Shown piece after piece: positions 15,323 through 28,800 of a DNA stretch of 64,000 nt. The stretch spans positions 4,278,001 through 4,342,000 of the forward strand of contig CM022675.1 of NCBI GenBank assembly GCA_012295275.1, read 5' to 3'. Below the pieces are notes generated by a model. It was not told the DNA's origin, searched no databases, and saw nothing but the letters and a program-made list of their open reading frames with translations. The position numbers and the translations under genes were made by a program. Position 1 is the stretch's first letter. Every line of letters begins with the position of its first letter. The stretch is from Chrysomallon squamiferum. Taxonomy: Eukaryota > Animalia > Mollusca.

Positions 15323-18300
15323 TTTTATTTGAAAGGTTGATGTATGATTTTTTTTTGGCCTATGTAAGATTTATTTTATTAGATGCAGTAAAACTGTTAA
15401 GATTTGCTATAATCCGTCTGTTAGACATCACTGGTCCAAACTTAGCAGAGAGGAGGACAAGACTTTATTATATATTGTAACATTTTATTCTCAATCTTTT
15501 TTTGACAGTTTTTAGTTTCAAACATCTCTTTGACAAGAGAATATACCACAGCCTTTGTAACACAAACTGTGGAGTTTTGTCTAGAACAGGAAATAGGGAA
15601 TTTTGTGTAAAACAGTTTCATGATTTTAGTTGTGTATATTGTGTATATTAAAATATACTTGAGACAATGACAAATCTTGAAAACTGCTATCTTGAGAGAC
15701 ATTTCATTTCTAAAGCTAAGAACACATCTAGGAAAACAGAATTAAAACCAGATTCTACGATTTTTCTATGAGGTTTGATTGGATTCATATTACAAATTGA
15801 TTATTTTCATTTAGGGGTATGGTAGACTGGATAACTAAGTAGATTAATTTGAGAGGGATGCTGTATTCAGATTTTTTGTGGAATCCAGTACTAACTAGAA
15901 ATTTCTTGTACATTGTGCATATGAGCATTTGAACCCTGACTTACAAAACAAAATACACTATTTACATTTCCAGTCAATATCTAACGAAAATCAAACAGAA
16001 TTACTTTTGATTGTGCTCATTATATTCAGGTGACTTGCCAATGTTCACAAAACCTTCACCTATAATCCGGTTGCTAGGCAACACCAGAATTCTCTGAGAA
16101 TTTATGAATAATCATCTAACAGTAGCCAGCAGTTCTCGCCACTCGATGAAGTGTCGAAGTGCTGGGTCCTGGACAAATAATTGATTTTTCTCTTCGCCTA
16201 CACATCCTGGTCACTTCAGTTTTGTTTACATGTAGACGTTTAAAAATGACTTGAGAAAAGGAAAAAGATATAAGCAGTAATTAAAGGGATATAAGCAAGA
16301 GTAAAAGGATATTGGAAGGGATATTACTTAGCAGTATGAATCAGGTAATATATTGAGATAGAAATGTTTGGTTTTGTGTTGACAGTGTTGACATATTTCT
16401 CTGTTATGGAATCTCTTACAGAAGTATGTAATTTAAATAGCACATATGGATGTCACATTTGTTTCATTCTTAAAATATACATCAGATGATGCTGTCAAAT
16501 GTTCTAATACATGTTGTGTGTGTTTTTCAAGAGATGGTTTTGCTAATGGTTATTTGAGGTCATGTGAATAATCAATAACATTACATATTTTGTTTAGCAA
16601 TGTATACTCACTGCATTTCTTGTTTCACAGCACCTCAGTTAGCAGTAACTCTAAATACAAAGGTGACTTCCCATAAACAGTAAAACATTTGGAAGAGCCT
16701 TTGATAAGCCATGGTATGTACTGGCTATGAAATGTAAAAGATCCTTGCTGCTGGTTGTAAAAGAGTAACCTGTGAGTGATGGTTTGATCTTTCATCAGCT
16801 GTTTTTTTTTCTGTCTGACATTAGACAACATGTTGATTTCAGATGCTAACTGGTTTCCTTTCTGTCTGACATTAGACAACATGTTGATTTCAGATGCTAA
16901 CTGGTTTCCTTTCTGTCTGACATTAGACAACATGTTGATTTCAGATGGTAGCTGTTTTTCTTTCTGTCTGACATTAGACAACATGTTGATTTCAGACGGT
17001 AACTGTTTTTCTTTCTGACATTAGACAACATGTTGATTTCAGATGCTAACTGGTTTCCTTTCTGTCTGACATTAGACAACATGTTGATTTCAGATGCTAA
17101 CTGGTTTCCTTTCTGTCTGACATTAGACAACATGTTGATTTCAGATGCTAACTGGTTTCCTTTCTGTCTGACATTAGACAACATGTTATCTTCAGACGGT
17201 AACTGTTTTTCTTTCTGTCTGACATTAGACAACATGTTGATTTCAGATGGTAACTGTTTTTCTTTCTGTCTGACATTAGACAACATGTTGATTTCAGACA
17301 GTAACTGTTTTTCTTTCTGACATTAGACAACATGTTGATTTCAGATGCTAACTGGTTTCCTTTCTCAGAGAGGTTCTTAACCATTTGTTTAATAACAGCA
17401 GCGAATACTGAATACATTAACTATATTAATACAGTGGTACCTTGAGTTGTGAGTGCTCCAACTTACAAGAGTTTCGAGTTTTTGCTTTGAGTTGTGAGCC
17501 GAAATCCAAGTTATGAGCAAATTTCAGATAGGTCACAATGAACAACACAACATCTCAAAAGAATCCCATGTCTCACTCATTTACTTCACGTGGTTACCTC
17601 CCCATGGAAGCATCTCTGTTGTGTTGTGCTTGTGTTTTGTGCACTGTTTTGCCAAATTTCCATGGATCCTAAGAAACTGAATGCAAAGGACAGTGCAGAG
17701 AAGAAGAAGCAGATGATGTCCATTGAATTAAAGCGTGAAATCATAGAAAAACATGAGTGAGGTGTGCATATAGTCGACATGGCTAGTCAGTATGAGTGTA
17801 GTACTTCTAGGATATGTACCATACTGAAGCTAAAGGAGTTGATAAAGGCTATAACACCAACCAAAGGCGTTAATATAATTTTTCTGATCTCCAAGATAAA
17901 TACATTTTACAAAGCCAATTTATTTCTTTTCATTCTCATTTATTTTGTTTTTATAATATTTGTCATTTTTAAATACATTTTTCTTATTTAAAAATACATT
18001 ACAAAAAAAAAAAAAAAAAAATTATTAAAAAAAAATGGTGTGTTTTGGGGGAGCTGCAATGGATTAATGGTATTTCAGTTAATTTCAGAAAAAAAAAAGA
18101 AATTGTAATCAGTTTTAAAATATGTAGTATTTTTTATTTTGTTTGTGTACTAAGTATGCACTGCTGTAAGTTGTTCTGTTTAAAATCAAAGTTTAGTTTG
18201 TGTTATGTCAGTTTTTATTTACAAAAGAATTACTGGTTTCTTTCATTAACCGCAAGTTATGTGACTTCTGATTGTTGTCAAGAACCTGGTTTATGTTTGT

Positions 18301-18848
18301 TTGCAGTCAATGATTATGAACAGTGAAACGTCAAACAAATCAAAGTACCTGTTTGTGGTCAGTGACCATAAGTAATAAGGCCCCGTCTATAGTTGAAAAT
18401 AAATCCAGTTGTTTGTGTAGAGTTGTGTAACTTGATCTGGCTGTTAAATAAATATTTAAATTTTGTAATAGTCTTACAGACAGTGAAAAGGTAATGTTAA
18501 TATTTACAGGCAAAATAGAAACCTGATATGAAAATAACTGGGGTCTCAGTGCAAAATAAATAAATAAATAAATTTACATCAGAGAATAAATCAAGACTGT
18601 TATATTTATATAATTTCCTGGTGTTATAAATCAAATATCACAAACACACACACACACACACTCACACTCACACACCTTTATATGACTTTTTTATTATTAC
18701 AATTTCTTATTCTTTTTCTGTTTATTAAATGCAATTAATAAATATTTAAGTTACTTATTATCATCATCATCATCATCACTTTTATTATTATTACTATTAT
18801 TGTTATTATTTATTTTATTTTATTTTTATTGTTTTATTTTTATTATTT

Positions 18849-18879
<31 letters not shown>

Positions 18880-19215
18880 TTTTATTTATTTATTATTGTT
18901 TATTAAACACAGTTTTACTACTATGCTGGATAATTGATTTCCTGTTCCTGTCGTTGCTCCTAGATTTGTTTACCAGTTGACAGGATTCATTCACTTTTCT
19001 CTGTACTTCTGTCTGTCTGTCTGTTTATCTGTGTAACAAATATTTACTTTATTTTTACATTGCAGGGTTCAGAAACTAAGAAATATGGCACAAGTACAAA
19101 ACAGCCAGGCTACAAGCCAGGGGGAGGTAATGTGAAGATATTTGATGAAAAGAAAGACTACTCCGCATCACCAAAGATTGATGCAAAACTGTCACCTTGT
19201 AAGTCGAACTATGGA

Positions 19216-19246
<31 letters not shown>

Positions 19247-19318
19247 TTGTTATTATTTTTGTAATTATTTTTTAATGCAGTTATAACATGTAATTTATTA
19301 TGGTGTCAAAAGAAGAAA

Positions 19319-19372
<54 letters not shown>

Positions 19373-19410
19373 CAAACAACAACAGAAATGATAATAATAA
19401 TAATAATAAC

Positions 19411-19481
<71 letters not shown>

Positions 19482-20131
19482 TAATAATAATAACAAAAAC
19501 AATAATAATAATCAAAATAATGACAGTGATAAAAATAATTATATCACTAATAACAATAATAAGAAAAATTATAACAATAATAATGGTAAAAATTATAATG
19601 ACAATAAAAAATAATAAAAGTAATTACAACAACAAAAGTAAAAATCTGAAGATGATGCCACCTATAATAGAAATATATTAAATAAATTAATTAATTTTAA
19701 ATTATATTTGTGACACTAAATATAAAAAAAAATATGGTGAGTTGTGATATTAACTATTTCTTAATTGATTTAATTGATTTTTCTGTATTTCAGTTTATGG
19801 CAGCCATATTGAACAGAACATCAAAGACTCTTGCAGTCTTTGATGCAGGAAGTAATAAAAATTATTGATCTCACACCACAGTTTCTTTAGCCCCAGTTTG
19901 TGTACCAACTTTTCAAATGAAATGTATTTGCGCAGTTTTCAAGATTTTTTATTTTTATGCAGTAATTTCAGATTGTTTTTTTTTTTTTCTCATTTCTATT
20001 TTTTTACTTTTTATTTTCAGGTTTCTGTATTATTCACTGTTTCTGTTTTTGGTGATTTTCTGTATATGTGTGTGTTGAATGCATTTTATATCTAAATTTC
20101 TTTTTTTCCACATTAAAATTGTTGTTTGGTA

Positions 20132-20167
<36 letters not shown>

Positions 20168-20441
20168 TTTTTTTTTTTTTTTTTTAAACAGCTAAAGCTC
20201 CAAAAGCTGCCTCCCCCCGGACTCCCCCCGTGACCAGTCCCCCACCCAGAACATCATCAGCAAAATCCAAGATTGGATCCATGGATAAAATAACTCACAA
20301 ACCTGGTGGTGGAGATGTAAGTATGTTTTTGTTTTCTGTCTGTTCATGATTAAATACAGATAACTTTCCAGTATGTTTTTCCAAGTTTAGAAATCTGAAA
20401 ATATATGAAATTGCTTTTTATTTTTTAGTTTGTTTTCAATA

Positions 20442-20487
<46 letters not shown>

Positions 20488-20988
20488 ACATCAAATTAAT
20501 TTGAGTTATAACTTTTATTTAATTTTTTCACCTACTTAGTTTACCAAATACAGAAGCGTGTGTTTATGAAATGTAAATTACTCATTCATTGGAACTGCTG
20601 TAAAGAGTTCAAATCTGAAAACTCAGACACTGAGAAACTCAAATTTCAAATCTGAATACTCAAACACTCAGAAACTTTTAAATCTGAATACTCAAACACT
20701 GAGAAATACACACCATTTTACTGTCCCTTCCACTTCTTAATTTAATTTATTATTGTATTCATGATTTTTATTATTATTATTATTATTATTATGATGATCT
20801 TCATCATTATCATGATTATTATTATTACATCATCATCATCTTTATTATTTTTATTAGATCATTGAAATGTAATATTTATTTATTTATTTATTTATTTGTG
20901 TATTTATTATGTTATTCATTTATTTATTTGTTTATTTTGTTTTATTTTATATGTGTATATTTATTTGTTTATTTGTATATGTATTATG

Positions 20989-21035
<47 letters not shown>

Positions 21036-21334
21036 TATCTGCAGATAGCTATTGTAAACAAAAAGCCAGATGTGTCAAATGTAACCAAGCAAAGTGGGAT
21101 CCAAGGACAAGCTTACTCATAAACCAGGTTTGTCACTTCACTTCTTTACAATGTTTAATATTCTCTAAAAATATCAGTTAATATACAGAGAGGTGAGGTT
21201 TTCCTCTGATTTCCAGTTTTCATTAAATCAATCCATGTATTTTATTTTATTATTATTTTTATTATTATTAGCAATCCAGGTTAAATCCAAAAAGTTGTGC
21301 TTAGTGTTGTCCTGTTTCTCAGGGATTTATTCAT

Positions 21335-21369
<35 letters not shown>

Positions 21370-21753
21370 TTCATTCATTTATTTATTATTTTAAAATACA
21401 AAAATAAATATGCTACATGGAAAATAGTTTTGTGATCATGGATAACCAGACACTTGATTTGTCAGATTTAGATTTGGTGTCCAGACATGTTATTTTTCAA
21501 ACCTAAGATTTGAGAAATCTTCATGTTGTTGAATAATTTATTTATTTATTTATTTATTATTGTTGTTGTTTATTATTAAAAAATTATTTGTTTATTAAAT
21601 ACTTATTTATTTATTTTTTTATTTGTTTGTTTATATATATATATATATATTATTTATTTGTATATTTATTTATTTATTTACTTATTTATTTATTTATTTA
21701 CTTAATTATTTATTTACTTACTTATTTATTTACTTATTTATTTATTTATTTAC

Positions 21754-21788
<35 letters not shown>

Positions 21789-23806
21789 TATCAGGAGGAG
21801 GCAATGTGAAGATAGAGACAAAGAAGATTGATGTAGATAAAGTGACGTCAAAAGTGGGTTCCATGAACAACGCCCGCCACAGGCCTGGAGGTGGGGACAA
21901 GAAGGTAATATTTTCTAAACACCAGTTTTACAATCAACTCGTGTTTTCATTGGCTGCTGAATGGTGCTGCTTTCTGAATGTCATTTTTGTTAATAGTTAA
22001 AGATGTGTTACGTTTTCATTGGCTGGTTTAAAGATAATGTTTTCTAAATAATACATCTGTTTTAATAATTAATTTGGAACATGGCTTTTTGTTCATTGGC
22101 TGTTTAAAATAGTACTTTCTGAATGACAAATCTTTGTTAATAATTAATATTTGAATATATGAATCATATTCATTGTTATTTTTATATAATACTTTCAAAG
22201 TGACATGTCATTATTAATATTTCTGTTTCAAAATTAAAATATCTGTTAATTGAGTGTCTTATTTAGAAATAATATTCTTTCTTAATCAAATATTATTAAT
22301 ATTAAAATTAAATAAGTTAAATGTTTGGCTATTCAGATTTGTAATACTTCATTATTCTAAACTTTTTTTTTTTTCTTTTTTTTAAACACATTTTTCAGTC
22401 AATAAATAACTTGAGATCTAGAAATAATGTTTTCTAAATAAAATATCTTTATTAACAATTATTAATACATAGTATGCTTTAGTATCACATTTGTTAGTTT
22501 TGCACCAATGAATTAATCTTTTAAAAATTAGTTATTACAGTTTTTTTGTTTAAATCACATAAAAAATAAAGACAAAAATCAAATGACAACAGACAAACAA
22601 AAACAAACAAATTAATTTTTTTAATAAAAATAGTAAAATAAGATAATAATAATTTTGTTTCATAATAATTTAAAATATAATAATTTTGCAGTATGAACAA
22701 TAAATTAATACCATAATTTAAAAAATAAATAGTAATTACAGTTTAAAAATTTTTTAATAATTTATGGTAATTATATATTAAAATTTTCACATTTCTTTTT
22801 TTTTAATTATAAAATTTACAAATAAAAGCAAAATAAAATTAATTTGATTTGTATATTTAACCATTCAACATTTTTATAAAACCAAATTTGAAATTTAGTT
22901 AATACTATTTTAATAAAAAGTAGGCAGAGTGATGAAACCTCACTGAAATTTTGTCTAAAGGAATTTTCTATCATTGCATTGCATTAGTGGATGGTGCCCC
23001 AGAGCTAAATAAAATCAATTCCATAATGGGACATACCATTTCAATATGGTCCGTTAAGACTTTTATCAGTCAATCACATGAATATGAAGTAAATAAAGAA
23101 ATATCCATCACATTCAAGACAAAATTACCTTTATTAGTGAGTTTGCAGGTCTTTGTTTAGCTTCACAAAGAATGTAATTCCTAGTGATGTTAACCACATG
23201 AATAGTTAATGAGTTAAAACTGAGACCAAACTGAGAGTTGATAATGTAAAACCAGGAGATGTGTTTACAGTGTAATTAAATTATTTGTGTGACAGCTTCT
23301 TCATTATCTCCATGTTATATCTTTGATCTTAATTATAATCTGTATTTATTGACCAGTACTAAAAAAAATTAAAAAAAAAAAAAAATTAAAAAAAGACTGA
23401 ACCCCACCAAAAAGAAAAAAAAAAAAATCCCACCAAACCAAACAAAACAAACATTAAAATATAAATAAATAGTCCAAACAAAAATCACATTTTCAGTTTT
23501 AATCAATAAATATTTTTCCTATTTTATACAAGCTCTGTGAAGGTACTTATTTACCTGTTTGTTTATTTATTTATTTATTTATTTATTTATTTTGTTTTAA
23601 CTGCATTATTTGTAGTTAAAACAGAGAACAACACACATAAAGATATACATATATAAGTACGCATACATACAGACACACACAGAAATGTACAGTACACAGA
23701 AACACAACAGACACAAACACACACAGATTATAAAGACAAAAGAATTAGTAAGTATGGCCAACCACTAATACAGAACAAATAAATAAAAAATATGTGTGTG
23801 TGTGAA

Positions 23807-23882
<76 letters not shown>

Positions 23883-25455
23883 GAAGAATTAATAGTCATA
23901 CAGAAAATAAACAAAGATGTATATATAGAACATCATTAAAGATATAACTAACTGTAAAAAGTGTTTTGTCAAACTGAATGTATCAGATGTTGTGTTAACA
24001 GATTGAGTGTTTAGTGAGACTCAGTGTATAAGACTTAACAGATTGAGTGTTTAGTGAGACTCAGTGTATAAGACTTGTTAACAGATTGAGTGTTTAGTAG
24101 ACTCAATGTATCAGATATGTTAACAGATTGAGTGTTTAGTGAGGCTCAATGTATCAGACGTGTTAACAGACTGAGTGTTTTGTGAGACTCAATGTATCAG
24201 ACGTTTTAACAGACTGAGTGTTTTGTGAGACTCAATGTATCAGATGTGTTGACAGATTGAGTGTTTAGTGAGACTCAATGTATCAGATGTTGTGTTGACA
24301 GACTGAGTGTTTAGTGAGACTCAATGTATCAGACGTGTTAACAGACTGAGTGTTTTGTGAGACTCAATGTATCAGATGTGTTGACAGATTGAGTGTTTAG
24401 TGAGACTCAGTGTATCAGATGTGTTGACAGATTGAGTGTTTTGTGAGACTCAATGTATCAGATGTGTTGACAGATTGAGTGTATAGTGAGACTCAAATTA
24501 TCAGACGTTGTGTTGACAGATTGAGACAAAGAAGCTAGAGTGGAAGGTCCAGTCTAAAGTTGGCTCTCTGGACAATGCTAAGCATAGCCCAGGGGGTGGG
24601 GATAAGAAGGTATGGTACACCGTTCAGGTAACTGTTGTATCTCTCTGTATACACCTTCCAGATACTCTGTTGTATTCACCTGTATACATTTAACAGGTAT
24701 TCTGTAGTTGGTGGTGTATTTTTGATTTTTTATTATTTCTAGATATCTGTGTAAAAAAGTATTTTCCTTGTTTTCTTTTTATTATTTTTATTTATTATAA
24801 AATATAGAGTAATAATAGTGATGTTGTTGTTATTGTTACTGTTATTGTTATTATTATAAAGCAGTTAAAAGTAAATATATATTTTTTATAATATTTTTAT
24901 TATTTTTATTTATAAAAAATATAGAATAATATTATTGTTGTTGTTATTATTATTATTATTATAAAGAAATTAAAAGTAAGCAATTTTTTTTAACGTCCTG
25001 ATAACATTAAACATTGACATTTTAAATTCCTGTTGTCTTTGTTTTGCAGTAAACAACACTTTTGTTTATTTTTATTTATATATACTTTATTATTTATTCT
25101 TAAATTATTAGTATTTTGTATTGTCCCAGTTCTTTTAATAATTGAATTTTAAAAACATTTTAAAAGTCAAAAATGCAATGAAAATTATGAAAATACTTTT
25201 ATTTATTTATTTATTTTATTTATGTAAATGAATTTTAGAGTTAACACCACTATATACAATAAAGAATGTAATATCCTTTTATGAAATAAAATATATATCT
25301 GGTTTATATGAATGACATAATGCTGTTAATCTTTATCAATATAGCATGTTTGCATTAATAATATTTTTTTAATCTCTAAGTATATATATCTTTCCATTGC
25401 TACTTATTATCAACATACATAATATAATCTAAACTGAATGCTTTGGAATGGGGGT

Positions 25456-25490
<35 letters not shown>

Positions 25491-25792
25491 TTTTAAACTC
25501 AAAACCATCTAAATAAACAACAATCAAAAATCATTTTAAATATTTTTATTTTATTTTGTATTTATATATTTCTTTTTAATTTTTGTTGGAAGTAAAAAAA
25601 ACATTTTTTATTTATTTTTTGACTTAATTTTAAAATCTTATGTTAATTTTAGTATTTGTTTATTTAGCTCAGTGGAATGGTTACCATAGTTACAGTGGTA
25701 GAGTAAATGTTTTTGGTAAAGTTGATTATTGTTACAAAATGTCTTTTTAGTTGCAGACTTTATTCTATGATTAGGAATTTTCATCTTGAAAA

Positions 25793-25882
<90 letters not shown>

Positions 25883-28800
25883 GTTATTATTATTATTAAT
25901 GTTATTAAGCTTTTCTTTTATTTCAAGTTAGAACTATTTTCAGATTACAAAATCTTCCAATGTTTTATTTTATTTATAATATTTTTTTTTATCAATTTGT
26001 ATTTTAATTATTTTCCAGTATCTTAAATTAAAGCTATTTTCAATTTATTAATTTTTCAGTGAGTACTATTTGACTAAAAAATATTTTCTTTTGCAAGTTG
26101 TAATTTTCAATAATTAATACCAAATATAACTTTATAAAAATAAAAAATTCTAAACTAAACATTTTTTAATTATCATTCTAATTTATTACTTTTTAGTTGC
26201 TGTTACTTTGTTAGGTAAAAAAAAAAATTAATAAATAAATAAAAAATTAATTCTGTTTCAGAATATTCGTACTGGATCAAACAATAAAATTTGTTTCATT
26301 TCTATAATAATAACCAGCTCATTGATGACACCCCCCCCCTTTACTGAAACACTGGCCCAACCCTTAAAAATTTCAACCTGAGTTAATTACTAGTAATGGC
26401 CTGGCAACAACTACTACAGTTATTTAACAAAAACTGTTTAATACTTATTAATATAGCTTGCTAGATTACTAACATATGAAAAGCTTGGTAAAACTAATTT
26501 TAGAAACAACTGTGAGAAATGATATTTTGTATATTACAGATATTTACTTTGTGTCATTATCATATGTCATTATCTGCATTATTAATGTATTATTAATATT
26601 TGTATTCTTATTGCATAAATAGTATTTAAATCAATTTTACATGTTTGTAAATGTTTGATTTAAAGGTTATTTTTATTAATATTGTTTATTTTGTTTCGTT
26701 ATTGTATTGTCATTATTATTATAATGTTACTAGCATTAGTTTTTTTTACTGTCATTATTATTATTATTGTTGGGTTTTTTTTTGTTGTTTTTTTGTAATT
26801 TAATTTAATATCACTTATTTATTTTATTATTTTTTTTTTTTTAAATTTTATTATTATTGTTAATTTAAAAAAAAATATATTTACCATTTTAGATTCACAA
26901 AAAAATACTGTACAAACAAGGTTATTTTTTTATTTTTATAAATGAGGATTGCAAATAATTAAAAGCAAGATAACAAAATACACAGCTATAATTATTTAAT
27001 TTTTAAAAAGTAATAATAAAAATAATTTTACATATTAAACTTTAAAAATATTTGTTACAAAGCATGATTTCTTAAACACAACCAAATTCATATTATTAGA
27101 CTTTAAAATGTTATAATTTGTGATTGATGATATTTATTTATTTACTTACAATTTTAAGTTGAGAACAAATGATTTTTTGATTTCTCTCTCCTAGTTTTTC
27201 TTGTGAAATAAAAACAGAAATACTTAAAATTTACTTTTACAGGACTGCGTTCAAAGTAAACAACAATATGTCAACATTTCTTTGTTTTGTTTATTTTTAA
27301 TATTTTAATTTCAGTGTTTCTCAATTTCAGTTTTCTCACACATCGTCTGTTCGATAGTAAATTTGTTTTACACAGATTCAAAATGCAGCACATTTCCCTG
27401 CATGGTCATTTTGTATATATTGTTAAGTTTTGTTAAATATCTTCTGTCCACAGTTTTAATTTCTTTGATTCATTCTGTAGTGTCAAAATAGTTTTAAAAA
27501 AAGAAAGAAAAATAGAGATTTAATGTGTATGTGTGTGTGTTTAAATACATCATAGCTATTTGTTGCATTAGTCTATACCAGTACTTGTTAGATTTAATTT
27601 TTTAATATAAATCAACTAATTAAATACATTTTTATATGTATTACATTTATTAACTGTTACTTTCTCTTGGTATAATTAAATTGCTTTGTTCTTATTTAGT
27701 TAAAAGAAATTATAAAAAATCTACAGGTAGCCAGTATTTTTACAGATTAAGAAAAATTTTACTAATTTTCAAAATAATAATTATTGTTGTTATTATAAAT
27801 TAATACTTTTACTTTATATTAGCATATAATAAAATGTGCATATTTAATGTTAATTATTATAAATGTTTGAATTTCAAGGATGAAAGTTAGTAATGCATTT
27901 ATAATAAAAAAAAATTAGTTAATAAAATGTTTGTGTCTCTTGTAGATCTGTTATATTCTATATTATTTTAATATCCATTTGATTTTAATAAATATTTAAC
28001 ATTTTAGAAATTTTCTCTTTTTAAAAAATTAATGATAAATGATAAATTAATAATAATAATAATAATAATAACAATAATAATAATAACTATTTATAACTTA
28101 TTAAGATCTTACAGTAATAAGAATACACTAACAATTTAAAAAGAAACTATCCCACTCATCATTCTTTACAATTTTAAATATTTCAGAAAAAAATAATTAA
28201 AAAAATTACCAACTAACCCTAAAGAAAATAGGTTAAAGAATTAGTTTTGTTATTTATTTAGTTTTGCAAACATTCCTGTTTTAAATGTCAACAGATTGAA
28301 TCACAGAAAGTAACTTGGAATGCGCAATCAAAGATTGGTTCTTTGGAAAACGCTAGCCATGTGCCAGGGGGCGGTGACAAGAAGGTAAGACAAGGGCAGG
28401 TAACTCTGGACACTAAGACAACTCTGGTAACAGGAAATGGTTTTTGTTGAGTATAATGAAACTAATTTTCTTTCTTTGATTTTAAATGTTTTTGTAAAGC
28501 TTTATCTTTTCTGCTCTTCAGGGAGGAGATATGACTTATACTATTTTTACTTTTTTTATTGATATTTTGTTTGTTATTATTATTATTATAGTTGGTTATT
28601 ATTTATTTTATGAAATTAAGAAAACAGATGTTCTTCAAACAGAATAATAATACATTTTTAATTTTTAAATTAAAAAAATATATATACTAAAAAAACTACT
28701 TTTTTCTTATTATATATCCGTTTTATTAAAAAGTTTATTATTATTATTATTATTATTATTATTGTTGTTATTATATTTTATATTTGTATTTTTGTTTAAA

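Noticed and set aside
16625-17417. Repetitive ORFs ([17 protein letters not shown])n and their antisense
   Set aside because: By-product of a 51-bp unit; the frame is broken by 47-bp units.
22951-23160. ORF with CIALVDGAP resembling the hAT TDGA motif
   Set aside because: Single short motif with no TIRs or further similarity.
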